This document shows positions 41,330-51,028 of a stretch of DNA of 64,000 nucleotides, in pieces (positions within the stretch are counted from its first letter, which is position 1; every line of letters begins with the position of its first letter). A model generated the notes under the pieces. The model searched no databases and was not told the DNA's origin. It worked only from the letters and a program-made list of their open reading frames with translations. The DNA lies in the NCBI GenBank assembly GCA_963792965.1, contig CAWBYW010000009.1, positions 128,001-192,000 of the forward strand. Direction: 5' to 3'. The position numbers were made by a program, and so were the translations under genes. Source of the stretch: an uncultured delta proteobacterium. GTDB taxonomy: Bacteria; Desulfobacterota; Zymogenia; Zymogenales; Zymogenaceae.

Positions 41330-42274
41330 TCATCGTGTTTCCGTTACGATGACGGGTGATCCATCGTTCAGGTTTTCCTTGCCGAGGGTGACGACCCGCT
41401 CACCCTCCGCCAGCCCGGTGACGACCTCCATGCGCTTTTGCTCCTGGACGCCCAGCGTAATGGACTTTTTCACCGCCCGGTTGTTAGTGACGGTGAAAAC
41501 GTAGGGACTTTGCTCGCCCTCTTCCGCATAGAGGACCGCGCTATACGGGATTATGATCGCGCCTTCCTTCCGGTCAAGGATGATCGTCACGTCGCCGCTC
41601 ATTCCGCTCAATAGCGCCGAATCGTTGTTTTCAAAAAAGACCTCTACCTCCCCCGCCCGGCTGCCCGGGGCGATGAACGGGGTGACGTGTCGCACGGTTC
41701 CCGAAAACGTCTTTCCCGGAATGGTTGAAACAGACAGGGTCGCCTCCATTAAGGTCCGGATCATCCGGATATCCGGATCCGGGACGGAGAGGACGGCGCG
41801 GATCGTTTTGCCCTCGACGATGAGGCACAGCGGGGTTTCGGGAGTGACATATCCACCCGGCTCCACATAGATTTGCGCGACCCTACCCGGTATCGGCGTG
41901 TAGACGATAAGCGGCATGTACTTGTTCCACTTTTCCTGCCGATCCAGCGTGACGATCCCCGCTCCCTTCACGACCTCGTCGCCCTCCCGGTAGTTGTAGC
42001 GGATTACCCACGCGTTTACCCCGTCGGTATAGAGCGTCGCCTCCCGCTCGGCGTGAAGATCGGCGGGGAAGGTGAGCGTGTCCAGGATTTCACCCTTCGT
42101 GACCGGTGCCACGACCACGGGTATCTTTACGACCTTGGGAGGTGCGGCTTTCCTGAACAGGTTTGACTTGTAGAGCCTGACCGCTATGGAGGCCACCAGG
42201 GCAACCGAGATCACCACTATAATAATGGGAACGAGATGTTTTCGCGCCGTGTCGACTAATTCCTTCTTCTTCAT
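41330..42274 (-). CDS. RND periplasmic adaptor (MFP), apparently lacking the alpha-hairpin
   Basis: N-terminal TM, EGDEVVKG..IVTLD joined within about 12 aa to TPIPGRV, LLSGM, GLAEGERVV. Confidence 0.85.
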   Translation of the reverse strand: MKKKELVDTARKHLVPIIIVVISVALVASIAVRLYKSNLFRKAAPPKVVKIPVVVAPVTKGEILDTLTFPADLHAEREATLYTDGVNAWVIRYNYREGDEVVKGAGIVTLDRQEKWNKYMPLIVYTPIPGRVAQIYVEPGGYVTPETPLCLIVEGKTIRAVLSVPDPDIRMIRTLMEATLSVSTIPGKTFSGTVRHVTPFIAPGSRAGEVEVFFENNDSALLSGMSGDVTIILDRKEGAIIIPYSAVLYAEEGEQSPYVFTVTNNRAVKKSITLGVQEQKRMEVVTGLAEGERVVTLGKENLNDGSPVIVTETR

Positions 42275-42292
42275 AACGTGGGTCTCACGATG

Positions 42293-43663
42293 CTATTGAG
42301 ACGGGGCACCGACCCCGTCGGGATTCTTCTCTGTTTCCACGGTGCCGCCTTCAGGGCGCTCACCCATCAGGTCTTCCAAACGTGCCAACGCATCGAGGTA
42401 ATTATAAACCGCATTTATGTAGTTGAGGTTGGCCTGCGTCAGCGCGAGACGTGCGTTGATCAGGTCGAGATAGGTGTTGATGCCGTTGTCATATTGGACC
42501 ACCGCGATATCAAGGCCTTCCTTGGCCAGGACGATGTTTTGTTTCTGAGATTCGACCACCTTTTTCGATCGCGTAAAGTCTTTGTACGCCTTCTTCACCT
42601 GGGCCCTTATTCCGTTCTCGGTATCTTTTCGAGAGATTTTGGCCTCTTCCAGAAGCGCCCGAGCCTGTTTCAGGCGGGCGGAAATGCCCACCAGATCGGT
42701 GATAGGCATCGAGGCCGTGATCCCCCCGATAAAGTCCCACTCATCACTATTAAAAGAGACATTCGGTTGGTCGGATGTGAATTCGTACGTCCCGAACAGG
42801 GAAATCGTCGGAAAATATTGTCCGATGACGATTCTTACCTGTTTTCGGGCGATGTCCTCCTGGGTCGAGGCGACCAGGAGGCCCGGATTGTTCACCGACG
42901 CCTTCGCCAGGCAGTCGTCGAGGCTGAAACTGGCGTCCCGGTAGACAAGCTCTCCCTCGATTTCGAGGGGCTGCCCGACATCCACCCCGAGGATCTTCTT
43001 AAGGTTATCGGTGTCGCTCGCCAGGGCGTCCTCGGCATCCAGGAGCGCGGGCTCGGCGTTCGTGAGATCCACCTGGGTGCGCAAGAGCTCATACCATGAC
43101 GCCATGCCCGAGTCATATTTGGTTTTCGTGCTATCGTAGGTTTGGGTGAGGAAGTCCACCTGCTCCTTGCTGACCTTCACCAGTTCGCGGTCAAGGAGTA
43201 TCTGGTCAAATGACGATATGACGCTGTAGACGGTGTCATTGACGGCCTGAAGGTATTGCTCTCGGGCGAGGTCTCGGCCAAGGTATGCCGAGAGGATGCC
43301 GTTGATGACCCTGCCGCCGGAAAAAATGGTGACGGACCCTCCAAACCCCGTCGTGAATCCGGTGCTTCGTCCTATCCCTGTACCCCCGAGTCCCGAGAGA
43401 GACGACAGGCCCGTCGAGCGCTCCCCGGCCTCCGAGGAAATATACTGTGCCGAAAGATCGACGGAGACGATATCCGACCAGGTCTCCCAGACGACCCCGC
43501 TTGCCCGCCTCATTTCCTGCTCGGCGGAAAGGACCGCGGGGGATCGCTTGAGGGAAATGTCGACGCACTCTTCAAGGGTATAGGTAACGGGAGGTGACTC
43601 TTGCCCGAAAAGAGGAAGGGCAAGAAGAGAAGTGAGCAGCAGGGAGACGACGAACTTTTTCAT
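42293..43663 (-). CDS. TolC-family outer membrane protein
   Basis: Signal peptide, YTLEECV..SL, Y.SG...ELL, YFPTISL, Y.NG..TYLDL..A. Confidence 0.9.
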   Translation of the reverse strand: MKKFVVSLLLTSLLALPLFGQESPPVTYTLEECVDISLKRSPAVLSAEQEMRRASGVVWETWSDIVSVDLSAQYISSEAGERSTGLSSLSGLGGTGIGRSTGFTTGFGGSVTIFSGGRVINGILSAYLGRDLAREQYLQAVNDTVYSVISSFDQILLDRELVKVSKEQVDFLTQTYDSTKTKYDSGMASWYELLRTQVDLTNAEPALLDAEDALASDTDNLKKILGVDVGQPLEIEGELVYRDASFSLDDCLAKASVNNPGLLVASTQEDIARKQVRIVIGQYFPTISLFGTYEFTSDQPNVSFNSDEWDFIGGITASMPITDLVGISARLKQARALLEEAKISRKDTENGIRAQVKKAYKDFTRSKKVVESQKQNIVLAKEGLDIAVVQYDNGINTYLDLINARLALTQANLNYINAVYNYLDALARLEDLMGERPEGGTVETEKNPDGVGAPSQ

Positions 43664-43699
43664 CAACGAACACTCACGTAGACCGATGAGTCAACTGAC

Positions 43700-43829
43700 A
43701 AAAAAAGACCTGATGCCGTCTCAGGATATCATCGTAAAACTTCTTTTCAGAACGCGCGTGCGGGAAACGTGAGTCCGTTGTCTCCCGCTGTCATCGGGGC
43801 CCCAGCGGCAGTACCCCCGATTCAACTCA
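43700..43829 (-). ncRNA. Candidate cis-regulatory leader RNA (pseudoknot, alternative stem and terminator) upstream of the efflux operon
   Basis: P1 UGAGUU/GACUCA, P2 AUCGGGG/CCCCGAU, loop CCGCUG pairing with CAGCGG, competing GCGGGAGAC/GUUUCCCGC, CCUGA/UCAGG hairpin then UC-U7. Confidence 0.4.
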
Positions 43830-44130
43830 GAATATTGTCCATATCTCCGGTGGAAGGGTAAGAAGTGCTCTCTACCAAATGATATAACAAGGATACTCGG
43901 AAAAACATTCTATTAATATTGTCCGATACGAACAAACGATCTGTCAAGCAAAAAAGCCCGCTTCCCCGTGCTTTCTTGGTGCCGCGGGCCCATCCGTGGG
44001 GTGCGGGCCCCGCCGTGCCTGTCCGTAACTCATCCGATGCGCCTTGCGCTCAGTGCCGCATGAAAGAGAGGGGTGGGGAGTTTTTCCCGGGCCTCTCCAC
44101 GTAATGCGGCTTGCAACGAGCACAGACCCC

Positions 44131-44622
44131 TTACCACCCGTTGCGGTGCACCCTTCCTTCGTCGAAACGGCTGACGAAAGGCGGTTGTTTCATATCGGGA
44201 TGTCCGAACGGGACAAACGAAAAGGGCACGACCTGTTCGGGAAGCGCGAGCAGCTTCCGTGTGGCCGGCACATTATCGGCGAATACCGTCGTCCATACTC
44301 CCCCCAATCCCTTTGCGTGGACCGCCAACAGGATATTCTGGGTCGCTGCGGCGCAGTCCTGGGGATAAAAGCCGTCGTATTTCTGCGCCTTCACGTCCCC
44401 GCACACGAGGATTCCCACGGGCGCGCCCCGGGGGGCGTTCCGGTTTATGGCCAGGTACTTCTCGAGGGCCTCGCCGTCGAGCACAATAAAGTGCCACGCC
44501 TGCTCGTTGCCGGCCGAGGGAGCGTTCATCGCCGCCTCGAGGATATCTTTGATATCACTCTCGGGGACGGGGTCCGCCTTCCATGTTCTGACGCTCCTCC
44601 TGGTCTTGATCATTTCAAGCAT
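44131..44622 (-). CDS. Nitroreductase-family protein
   Basis: IKTRRSVR, APSAGNEQAWHF, DCAAATQNILLA. Confidence 0.92.
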   Translation of the reverse strand: MLEMIKTRRSVRTWKADPVPESDIKDILEAAMNAPSAGNEQAWHFIVLDGEALEKYLAINRNAPRGAPVGILVCGDVKAQKYDGFYPQDCAAATQNILLAVHAKGLGGVWTTVFADNVPATRKLLALPEQVVPFSFVPFGHPDMKQPPFVSRFDEGRVHRNGW

Positions 44623-44673
44623 ACGAACCTCCTTTTCTATTTGTTCGAAACCGTACTATTTACCCAAAAGAAA

Positions 44674-45099
44674 TCAGAAGTTTTCCCACATCCGTAAAAG
44701 ATATCCTACCAACAGCTCCTTCTCGTCTTCCGTAAACCCCCGGTAGGCGGTCTCGATCAATCGTTGCGATATCTCCTCGAAGTCCTTCCGGAAACCGTAA
44801 CCCTTTTCGGTAAGGACGACGAAGACCTCGCGCTTGTCCTGTGTGGATCGTTGCTTGTCCACAAACCCTTTTATTACAAGCCTCTCGACAAGCTCCGTCA
44901 CGGTTGATTTCGTCCGTCCGATCTTCCGTGCGATATCGGTCATCGACAGCCTCCCCTCGTTCTGATAGAGCACGGAGAGGACCGAGCCGTGCGAGGGGAC
45001 GAGTCCCGTCAGATTATGCGCCGCCAGCTCCCTTTCGAGGAAGCTTCCGTATTTTTCCCGAAGGCTGCCAATGAGGCCTATTACCGCGTTCTTGTTCAT
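44674..45099 (-). CDS. MarR-family regulator
   Basis: PSHG.VL..L, KSTVT.LV.RL..KGFV, DKR...V.LTEKG. Confidence 0.9.
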   Translation of the reverse strand: MNKNAVIGLIGSLREKYGSFLERELAAHNLTGLVPSHGSVLSVLYQNEGRLSMTDIARKIGRTKSTVTELVERLVIKGFVDKQRSTQDKREVFVVLTEKGYGFRKDFEEISQRLIETAYRGFTEDEKELLVGYLLRMWENF

Positions 45100-45120
45100 A
45101 TGACCCACCTCCATTTAATA

Positions 45121-45138
45121 TAGTACGGCACCGAACTA
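45121..45138. promoter_or_regulatory. Putative MarR operator
   Basis: Inverted repeat TAGTACGG-CA-CCGAACTA in the promoter spacer just downstream of minus-strand TTGACA. Confidence 0.6.
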
Positions 45139-45380
45139 ATGTCAAGCGTAATCCTTTCCCCTCGTACGCTTCATCGAGTATTCTCTCCTGGGGGTGTTTG
45201 TCCGGCCCCGGCCAAGCGTCTGCGGGAAGTCTTACCTTCACCGGAGAATTTTTAGTCCGCCTGGAAAATCGGACGAAGCGAAGTTACGGCGATGTCAGGA
45301 AATTATCCCCACGACGACTTACGTGAGGAACAAAGGGATCCAGCGGAGGTTTGGGTCCTGCCGCTCCTGCCGATGATTTA

Positions 45381-45408
45381 AGGGGATTATGAAATACCAT
45401 AATCCCCT
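45381..45408 (-). terminator. Hairpin downstream of acyl-CoA ligase
   Basis: AGGGGATTATG-N6-CATAATCCCCT, 11-bp perfect stem; weak U tail. Confidence 0.5.
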
Positions 45409-45452
45409 CGATTGAAGTCCCACCACCCGGCCGCGGGCACCGGCCCTTTATA

Positions 45453-47099
45453 TCACATCTCCTTCAACTTGTACCGAAGGACTTTCCCCACCTGGTTCTT
45501 CGGCAGCGCGTCGACGAACTCGATGACCCGCGGCACTTTATACGCGGCCATGTTATCCCGACAAAACGCGTCCAGTTCACTCTTTGATATCTTATCCTTA
45601 TAGGCATCCTTGAGAACGACGAATGCCTTGACCGTCTCTCCTCGATAGTCATCCGGCACGCCGACGACGCCGACCTCGCTGACCGCGTCGTGCTTCATCA
45701 TCGTCGCCTCCACCTCGGTAGGGGCGATGTTATAGCCCGAGGCGATAATCAGGTCCTTGATCCGGTCGACAAAGAAGATGAACCCGTCCTCGTTCATGTA
45801 ACCCGCATCCCCGGTATGGAGCCAGCCGTCGGTGAAAGTCTTTGCCGTCTCTTCCGGATTGTTCCAGTACCCCTTTGCCACCTGCGGGCTCCTCACCCAG
45901 ATCTCGCCGGTTACTCCCCGGGGGGTGGTGCTTCCCTTTTCATCCACTATCTTGACCTCACCGGACAGCGGTACCCCAATAGAATCGAGGTCTCTCTTGT
46001 TCGGGAGGTTCACGATCGCCCCGGCGTTGGTCTCGGTCATTCCCCATCCCTTATTCAGCTCCACCCCGGTCGTATCCTGCCAGCGCTTCTGAAGCGGTAT
46101 GGGAACCGGGGCGCCGGCGGAGATAGTGAATTTAAAGGTGGTAAAATCGTATTTCTTGATGTCAGGGTGGTTGAGGAGTCCTACGTAGAGCGTCGGCGGA
46201 GCAACGATCGTATTTGCACGGTATTTCACCCCCATTTTAAGAAACTCCCCCGCGTCGAAAGACGGCACCAGAACAACGGTGCCCCCACGGTAGAGGAGGG
46301 CATGGAGGCAGAGAAAATAGCCGCCGATATGAAACATCGGCAGAATCTGGAGGTTGATGTCGTTGTAGTTCATGTCAAAGAGGTGCGCGTGCACAAAGCA
46401 AGAGTAGATCATATTGTAATGGGTTTCCATGACCCCCTTGGGAAACCCGGTAGTCCCCGCGGTATAGATGATAAGGGCCGGATCCTCCTTCTGGTTCACC
46501 GCTATTTTCGGCGGGTCGGGCCGATATTTTTCGACGAGGACCGAGAAATCGAGGGCGCCGGGGACCTCGTTCTTCGGCCCGGAGAGGATCGGCGGTATCC
46601 AGCCGCCTTCGGCCGAGATGTCCGCGACGTGGACGCTGATGATCTTCTTTATCTTCGTCCGGGTTTTTATCGCCTCGATCACTGGACAGAGGAGATCGAT
46701 GGCGACAACAATTTCAACCCCCGCGTCGTTAAAAATGTATTCAAGCTCATCCTGTTTCAGCATGACGTTACAGGGCACCGATATGGCCCCCGCGCGGATA
46801 ATCCCGTGAAAGGCGGCCACGTTCTGGGCGCAGTTGGGAAGGAGCACGCCGACTCTGTCGCCTTTTGTGACGCCCGCCTCGATCAGGGCGTTGGCAAATC
46901 GCCCGGACAAGTCGTCCATCTCGGCATAGGAGAGATGTTTTCCGAGGGATATGAGGGCGGTCTTCGAGGGATAGCGCCAGACGGTCTGCTTGATGAGGTC
47001 GTAAAAGGAACCGTCAGGGATCGGCGGGATCGGCTCCGCGCCCCAGGCGGGGTCGTGAGTCACGTGGGACGGGTTTCCTTGGTTTACTTTTTTAGCCAT
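45453..47099 (-). CDS. Long-chain acyl-CoA ligase (AMP-binding, FadD-like)
   Basis: YTAGTTGFPKG, GWGMTE, GWLHTGD, DRIKD, LPKN.VGK. Confidence 0.92.
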   Translation of the reverse strand: MAKKVNQGNPSHVTHDPAWGAEPIPPIPDGSFYDLIKQTVWRYPSKTALISLGKHLSYAEMDDLSGRFANALIEAGVTKGDRVGVLLPNCAQNVAAFHGIIRAGAISVPCNVMLKQDELEYIFNDAGVEIVVAIDLLCPVIEAIKTRTKIKKIISVHVADISAEGGWIPPILSGPKNEVPGALDFSVLVEKYRPDPPKIAVNQKEDPALIIYTAGTTGFPKGVMETHYNMIYSCFVHAHLFDMNYNDINLQILPMFHIGGYFLCLHALLYRGGTVVLVPSFDAGEFLKMGVKYRANTIVAPPTLYVGLLNHPDIKKYDFTTFKFTISAGAPVPIPLQKRWQDTTGVELNKGWGMTETNAGAIVNLPNKRDLDSIGVPLSGEVKIVDEKGSTTPRGVTGEIWVRSPQVAKGYWNNPEETAKTFTDGWLHTGDAGYMNEDGFIFFVDRIKDLIIASGYNIAPTEVEATMMKHDAVSEVGVVGVPDDYRGETVKAFVVLKDAYKDKISKSELDAFCRDNMAAYKVPRVIEFVDALPKNQVGKVLRYKLKEM

Positions 47100-47301
47100 G
47101 GGACTACTCCTTCTATATCTATTGACATGATAACGTGATCATCCTTCCGAGTTGAGTTACTGCTCGATGTGCGGTACAGGTAATGAGGGGGTCGGGAGGC
47201 ACGGAAGTAAGTCGTGACCACCTACGTTCACATCGCCACTCTCTTTCACCGCCCCTCCAGCCCAAGAAGAAGGATATAATCGGATAAGAATTATCGGATG
47301 A

Positions 47302-49704
47302 TCACCGGCTAAACGAGAGCTCGGTCCGCTCTATGATCGAGTCCTGGAGCCCCTTTGAGAGATCAACGAAATAGGCGCTGTACCCGGCGACCCTGACGAT
47401 GAGATCCTGATGCTTCCCCGGGTCTTCCTGGGCGGCCAGCAGCGTCTCCTTGTCCACTACGTTGAACTGGATATGGCTGATCCCGAGGTCCCCCCATGTG
47501 CGCAGGTAATTCATGAAGAGCTGCTTCTTATCGTCGGACAACACGGAGGGTGAGAATTTCTGGTTGAGGAGGTGGTTATAGGTCTTGGTGGTGTCGATTT
47601 TGGATGCCGACTTCAATACGGCCGTGGGACCCTTTTTATCCATATTCTGGGTCGGTGAGAGAGTCGCGTCGGCAAACGGCTCCCCGTCCCTCCTCCCGTC
47701 CGGGGTGGCCGGGGTATTGAGGGCGATTCCGTACGTTGCCGAGACGCCGCTTCCGTCCCCCCGACAGGGATTGCCGAACCGATCGGTGAACTCAGACAGG
47801 ACCTCCGAAGTCTTGTGATGAACCAAAACCGCTATCCGGTCGGCGTAGTCGTCGTCGTTGCCGTACTTGGGCGCCCTCAGCATCAGCTGACGGATATGCT
47901 CCTGACCTTCCCAGTTATGGTCCATCGCGCCGATCAGCTCGTCCATGGTTACTTTCTTGTCCTCAAAGACGACCTTCTTAATGGCGGTTATCGAGTCGGC
48001 CACGTTCGTGGGGCCGAGTATTATGCAGATATCATGGACGCTGGAAGGATAGGCCCACTTTCGGCAGTCCTGCCCCCGCTCGATGCAGCCCTCCAGCACC
48101 GCGGAATAGAAGGGGCGGGGCAGGTATTTCTCATAGAGCGTTCTGCAGGTATTCTCGATCGCGTTGAGCCGCCCGAAGAAGAAGCGTACCTGCTCAAGAT
48201 AGGCATCCAGGACGTCTTCCGCCGACCTGAACGTGCGGGCATCGGGAGTGGGGGCGCCCCATTGCTCGCCGGTGGTGGGATTCTTTCCCTGGTGGAGGGC
48301 CCACCAGAGGCACTTGGGCAGCACCATGCCGCCGTATGCCCTCCGGGCGACGTTCTTGCCGGGAATCTCGAGGTAGACGCACCCGGTGACGGCGTAATCC
48401 CGCGCGTCCCGCTCGGGGACGTTCCATTTCGCGAGCGTCGGGATGATCGACGTGTCGTTGAACAGCGAAGGATATCCTATTCCCGTCCGGATCACGTCGA
48501 TGGTCTTGGAGAGGAGCCGATCGGGGGTACCCCTGTGGTATCTGAGGGCGATAGACGGCTCAAGCGTCCGCATTCTTTGCGCGGTTTCAAGGACAAGGTA
48601 CGTCATCTCGTTAGTGATATCTTTCCCATTCTCGTCCACACCGCCCAGCGTGATCGCTTGAAGGGACGCCACCCCCCCGTAAATGGCGGTGAGGAGCGGT
48701 GAATAGACAAGCCCCAGCTCATTGAATTTCACCCAGAGGAGCTCAAGCAGCTCAAGGGCCTTTTCGTGTGTAATCGCACCCTTCTTTAGATCCGCTTCGA
48801 GGTAGGGACCGAAGATCTTGTCGAACCGGATACCGATGCCAAGGGTCGAGTATTCGAGATACCGCATAATGTGAATAAAGAAAAACGATTGCAGCGCTTC
48901 CAAAAGCGAACGCGGCGGATTCTCGGGCACCCACAGGCAGGCCTGCGCCACTTCAAGGAGCCGCCGCTTATCTTCCGGATCGGTCGCTTTCTTGGCACGC
49001 TCGGCGGCAAGCGCCGCGTAGCGGTGCGCGAACGCAATCACCGCCTCCACGGCGATGACCACGGAGGTCAGGAAGTCCTTCTGATCGACATAGTCGGCCG
49101 GTACCGTTCTGTCGATCTCGTCAAGTCGTTCCTGCGCCTGGCGGATCAGGCCCCCCAGCCCGACCCGGAATATCTTCTCATAGTCGGGGATGCCGATCTC
49201 CGACCAATGGGTCCAGAGGAAGGTCCCCTCGTATTTCCAGTACTTGAGGACCTCTCCGGTAAACATCTCTTGCTGGATGTCGCTCATGGACTTTCCCTTC
49301 CAGTATTCGACGAGCTCGGCGAGCTCGGCGCGTCCGGCATCATCGAGGAGCGACTGACCCTCCTGGCCGCTCACCACGCGTTTGACCGATCGCCAGTTCA
49401 TATCAATCCCGAAGTAGAGCCCCTCCGGGGTCGGGACGTTATTGCCGACAATACGCTCCCAATCCTGGATATAGATGTCCATTTTCGAGAGGATCCTCTC
49501 GAGGGCCTTTGCCCTGCGGATGGTCATCGGCTGCCCCTCCGTCTCCCTGTACGATTCGGTCAGGAGGCGCGACCGTTGTATATCCAGCGTAATGCCGGGG
49601 CGATACATCCCCCGGGCCGATTCGTCCTCTTCATAGCCCCGCCGCACATTGCGGACGGCCTTGATGGTAAGCTTGCTTCTCAGGTCACTCGTCGTGGTTT
49701 CCAT
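47302..49704 (-). CDS. Glycyl radical enzyme (PFL-like superfamily, uncharacterised subtype)
   Basis: Cys loop TGCVYLE, Gly loop LIVRVAGYSAYF, PKYGNDD, ATPDGR, HIQFN. Confidence 0.92.
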   Translation of the reverse strand: METTTSDLRSKLTIKAVRNVRRGYEEDESARGMYRPGITLDIQRSRLLTESYRETEGQPMTIRRAKALERILSKMDIYIQDWERIVGNNVPTPEGLYFGIDMNWRSVKRVVSGQEGQSLLDDAGRAELAELVEYWKGKSMSDIQQEMFTGEVLKYWKYEGTFLWTHWSEIGIPDYEKIFRVGLGGLIRQAQERLDEIDRTVPADYVDQKDFLTSVVIAVEAVIAFAHRYAALAAERAKKATDPEDKRRLLEVAQACLWVPENPPRSLLEALQSFFFIHIMRYLEYSTLGIGIRFDKIFGPYLEADLKKGAITHEKALELLELLWVKFNELGLVYSPLLTAIYGGVASLQAITLGGVDENGKDITNEMTYLVLETAQRMRTLEPSIALRYHRGTPDRLLSKTIDVIRTGIGYPSLFNDTSIIPTLAKWNVPERDARDYAVTGCVYLEIPGKNVARRAYGGMVLPKCLWWALHQGKNPTTGEQWGAPTPDARTFRSAEDVLDAYLEQVRFFFGRLNAIENTCRTLYEKYLPRPFYSAVLEGCIERGQDCRKWAYPSSVHDICIILGPTNVADSITAIKKVVFEDKKVTMDELIGAMDHNWEGQEHIRQLMLRAPKYGNDDDYADRIAVLVHHKTSEVLSEFTDRFGNPCRGDGSGVSATYGIALNTPATPDGRRDGEPFADATLSPTQNMDKKGPTAVLKSASKIDTTKTYNHLLNQKFSPSVLSDDKKQLFMNYLRTWGDLGISHIQFNVVDKETLLAAQEDPGKHQDLIVRVAGYSAYFVDLSKGLQDSIIERTELSFSR

Positions 49705-49797
49705 GGGTAGTCTCCTATTCATACAGCAACACGTATCCGACGCGGACTGACGTTTCGGCGTCGCGTGAACAATCGTCGGCGCCGTCATTGCCCGGAT

Positions 49798-50433
49798 TCA
49801 TGTCCAGGCCTTCAATCCCCTCTTAAAGACGGCATACGACTTGTCGAGGCTTGGCTTAAGGTGGTCTTTCCTCGTATCCGTCATATGCTTTGCCTCTTCC
49901 CAGATCACCAGGCCGGTGAACATCGCCCAAAGGGCGTCGGCAAACACGATCGGATCGTCCCTGACAAAGACCCCTTCGTTCATCCCTTCTTCGATGATTG
50001 AGGCAAGCATACGGAGGCCGTTCTTGCCGCTCTCGTTGAGAGATTTCATCATTTTGGGTGAAAGGAGCTGAAAGGACCCCTCCACCTGCGTATGGAGCAG
50101 CCCCCTGAGTCCGACCGGATCGGAGCAAAAGACGGTATGCATGATTTCCCATATCATGTCGAGCTTTTCCTCGGCGCCCTTATCCCGATAGGCAGCGATG
50201 TGTGACGCCGCCTTTTCAAAGGCGGTGATGGTGGAAAGATTCAGTGACGCATACAGGTCTTCCTTATTGGCAAAATGGATATATATCGAGCCGATGGAGA
50301 CCTCCGCTTCCCGTGCAATCTCGTCGATCGTTGCCGCCATGAATCCCTTCGTCAGGAAGACCCGCTTTGCCGCCTCCTGGATCTGCTCGCGCCTGAGCTC
50401 CTTTTCGCGCTCTCTTCGTTCCGGTACTCCCAT
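49798..50433 (-). CDS. TetR/AcrR-family regulator
   Basis: F..KGF..ATIDEIA..AEVS.GSIY.HF.NKEDL. Confidence 0.92.
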   Translation of the reverse strand: MGVPERREREKELRREQIQEAAKRVFLTKGFMAATIDEIAREAEVSIGSIYIHFANKEDLYASLNLSTITAFEKAASHIAAYRDKGAEEKLDMIWEIMHTVFCSDPVGLRGLLHTQVEGSFQLLSPKMMKSLNESGKNGLRMLASIIEEGMNEGVFVRDDPIVFADALWAMFTGLVIWEEAKHMTDTRKDHLKPSLDKSYAVFKRGLKAWT

Positions 50434-50766
50434 ATCTTTATTCTTGAACCTCGCTCATGATTTGAAATATATTCATTTTATGAATCATACTCATTTCCAA
50501 GGAACCCGTCAAGGAAAAAATGAGCAGTTTTCAGTCAAACCATATTCTACGGGTCGTGTGGTATAGGATTCCCACACCACACGTATCAGTTTTTGCCGTG
50601 GTTCTCGCTTTAGTCATAGCAGTTAATGGGAAAGTTAACGCTATACCCTTTTCAGCGCACTATTAGTACCGCCACATGCATCTGTCAATATAATAATTTT
50701 CAAATTGACAAGAAAGTTTGTTCATTATATCCTTTTCTTTGAGTATTTCTACAAAGGTTCAAGTCC

Positions 50767-50931
50767 ATGAGATCCTTAAGAATAATAACACTCCTTCTTT
50801 TTCCCACCCTTCTCCTCCTTACCCTTTCCTGCACGCGGGCCGGCAAAGATACCATCAAGGGCGAGGTGACGTCGATCGCCGAGGGCGACGGCGGATCCGT
50901 CGCCCGCCTCATTATCTCCCCATCGCCTTGA
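50767..50931 (+). CDS. Small putative lipoprotein or truncated gene (54 aa); not in ORF track
   Basis: MRSLRIITLLLFPTLLLLTLSC lipobox then TRAGKDTIKGEVTSIAEGDGG. Confidence 0.45.
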   Translation: MRSLRIITLLLFPTLLLLTLSCTRAGKDTIKGEVTSIAEGDGGSVARLIISPSP

Positions 50932-51028
50932 AACCACCGCGTCTCTTCTGCTATCATGGGTGTAGAGGAGCACGCGCCCGCATTACGCGGGCTTTTTCCG
51001 GAGCTAAATCGAGACGAGGAGACGCACG

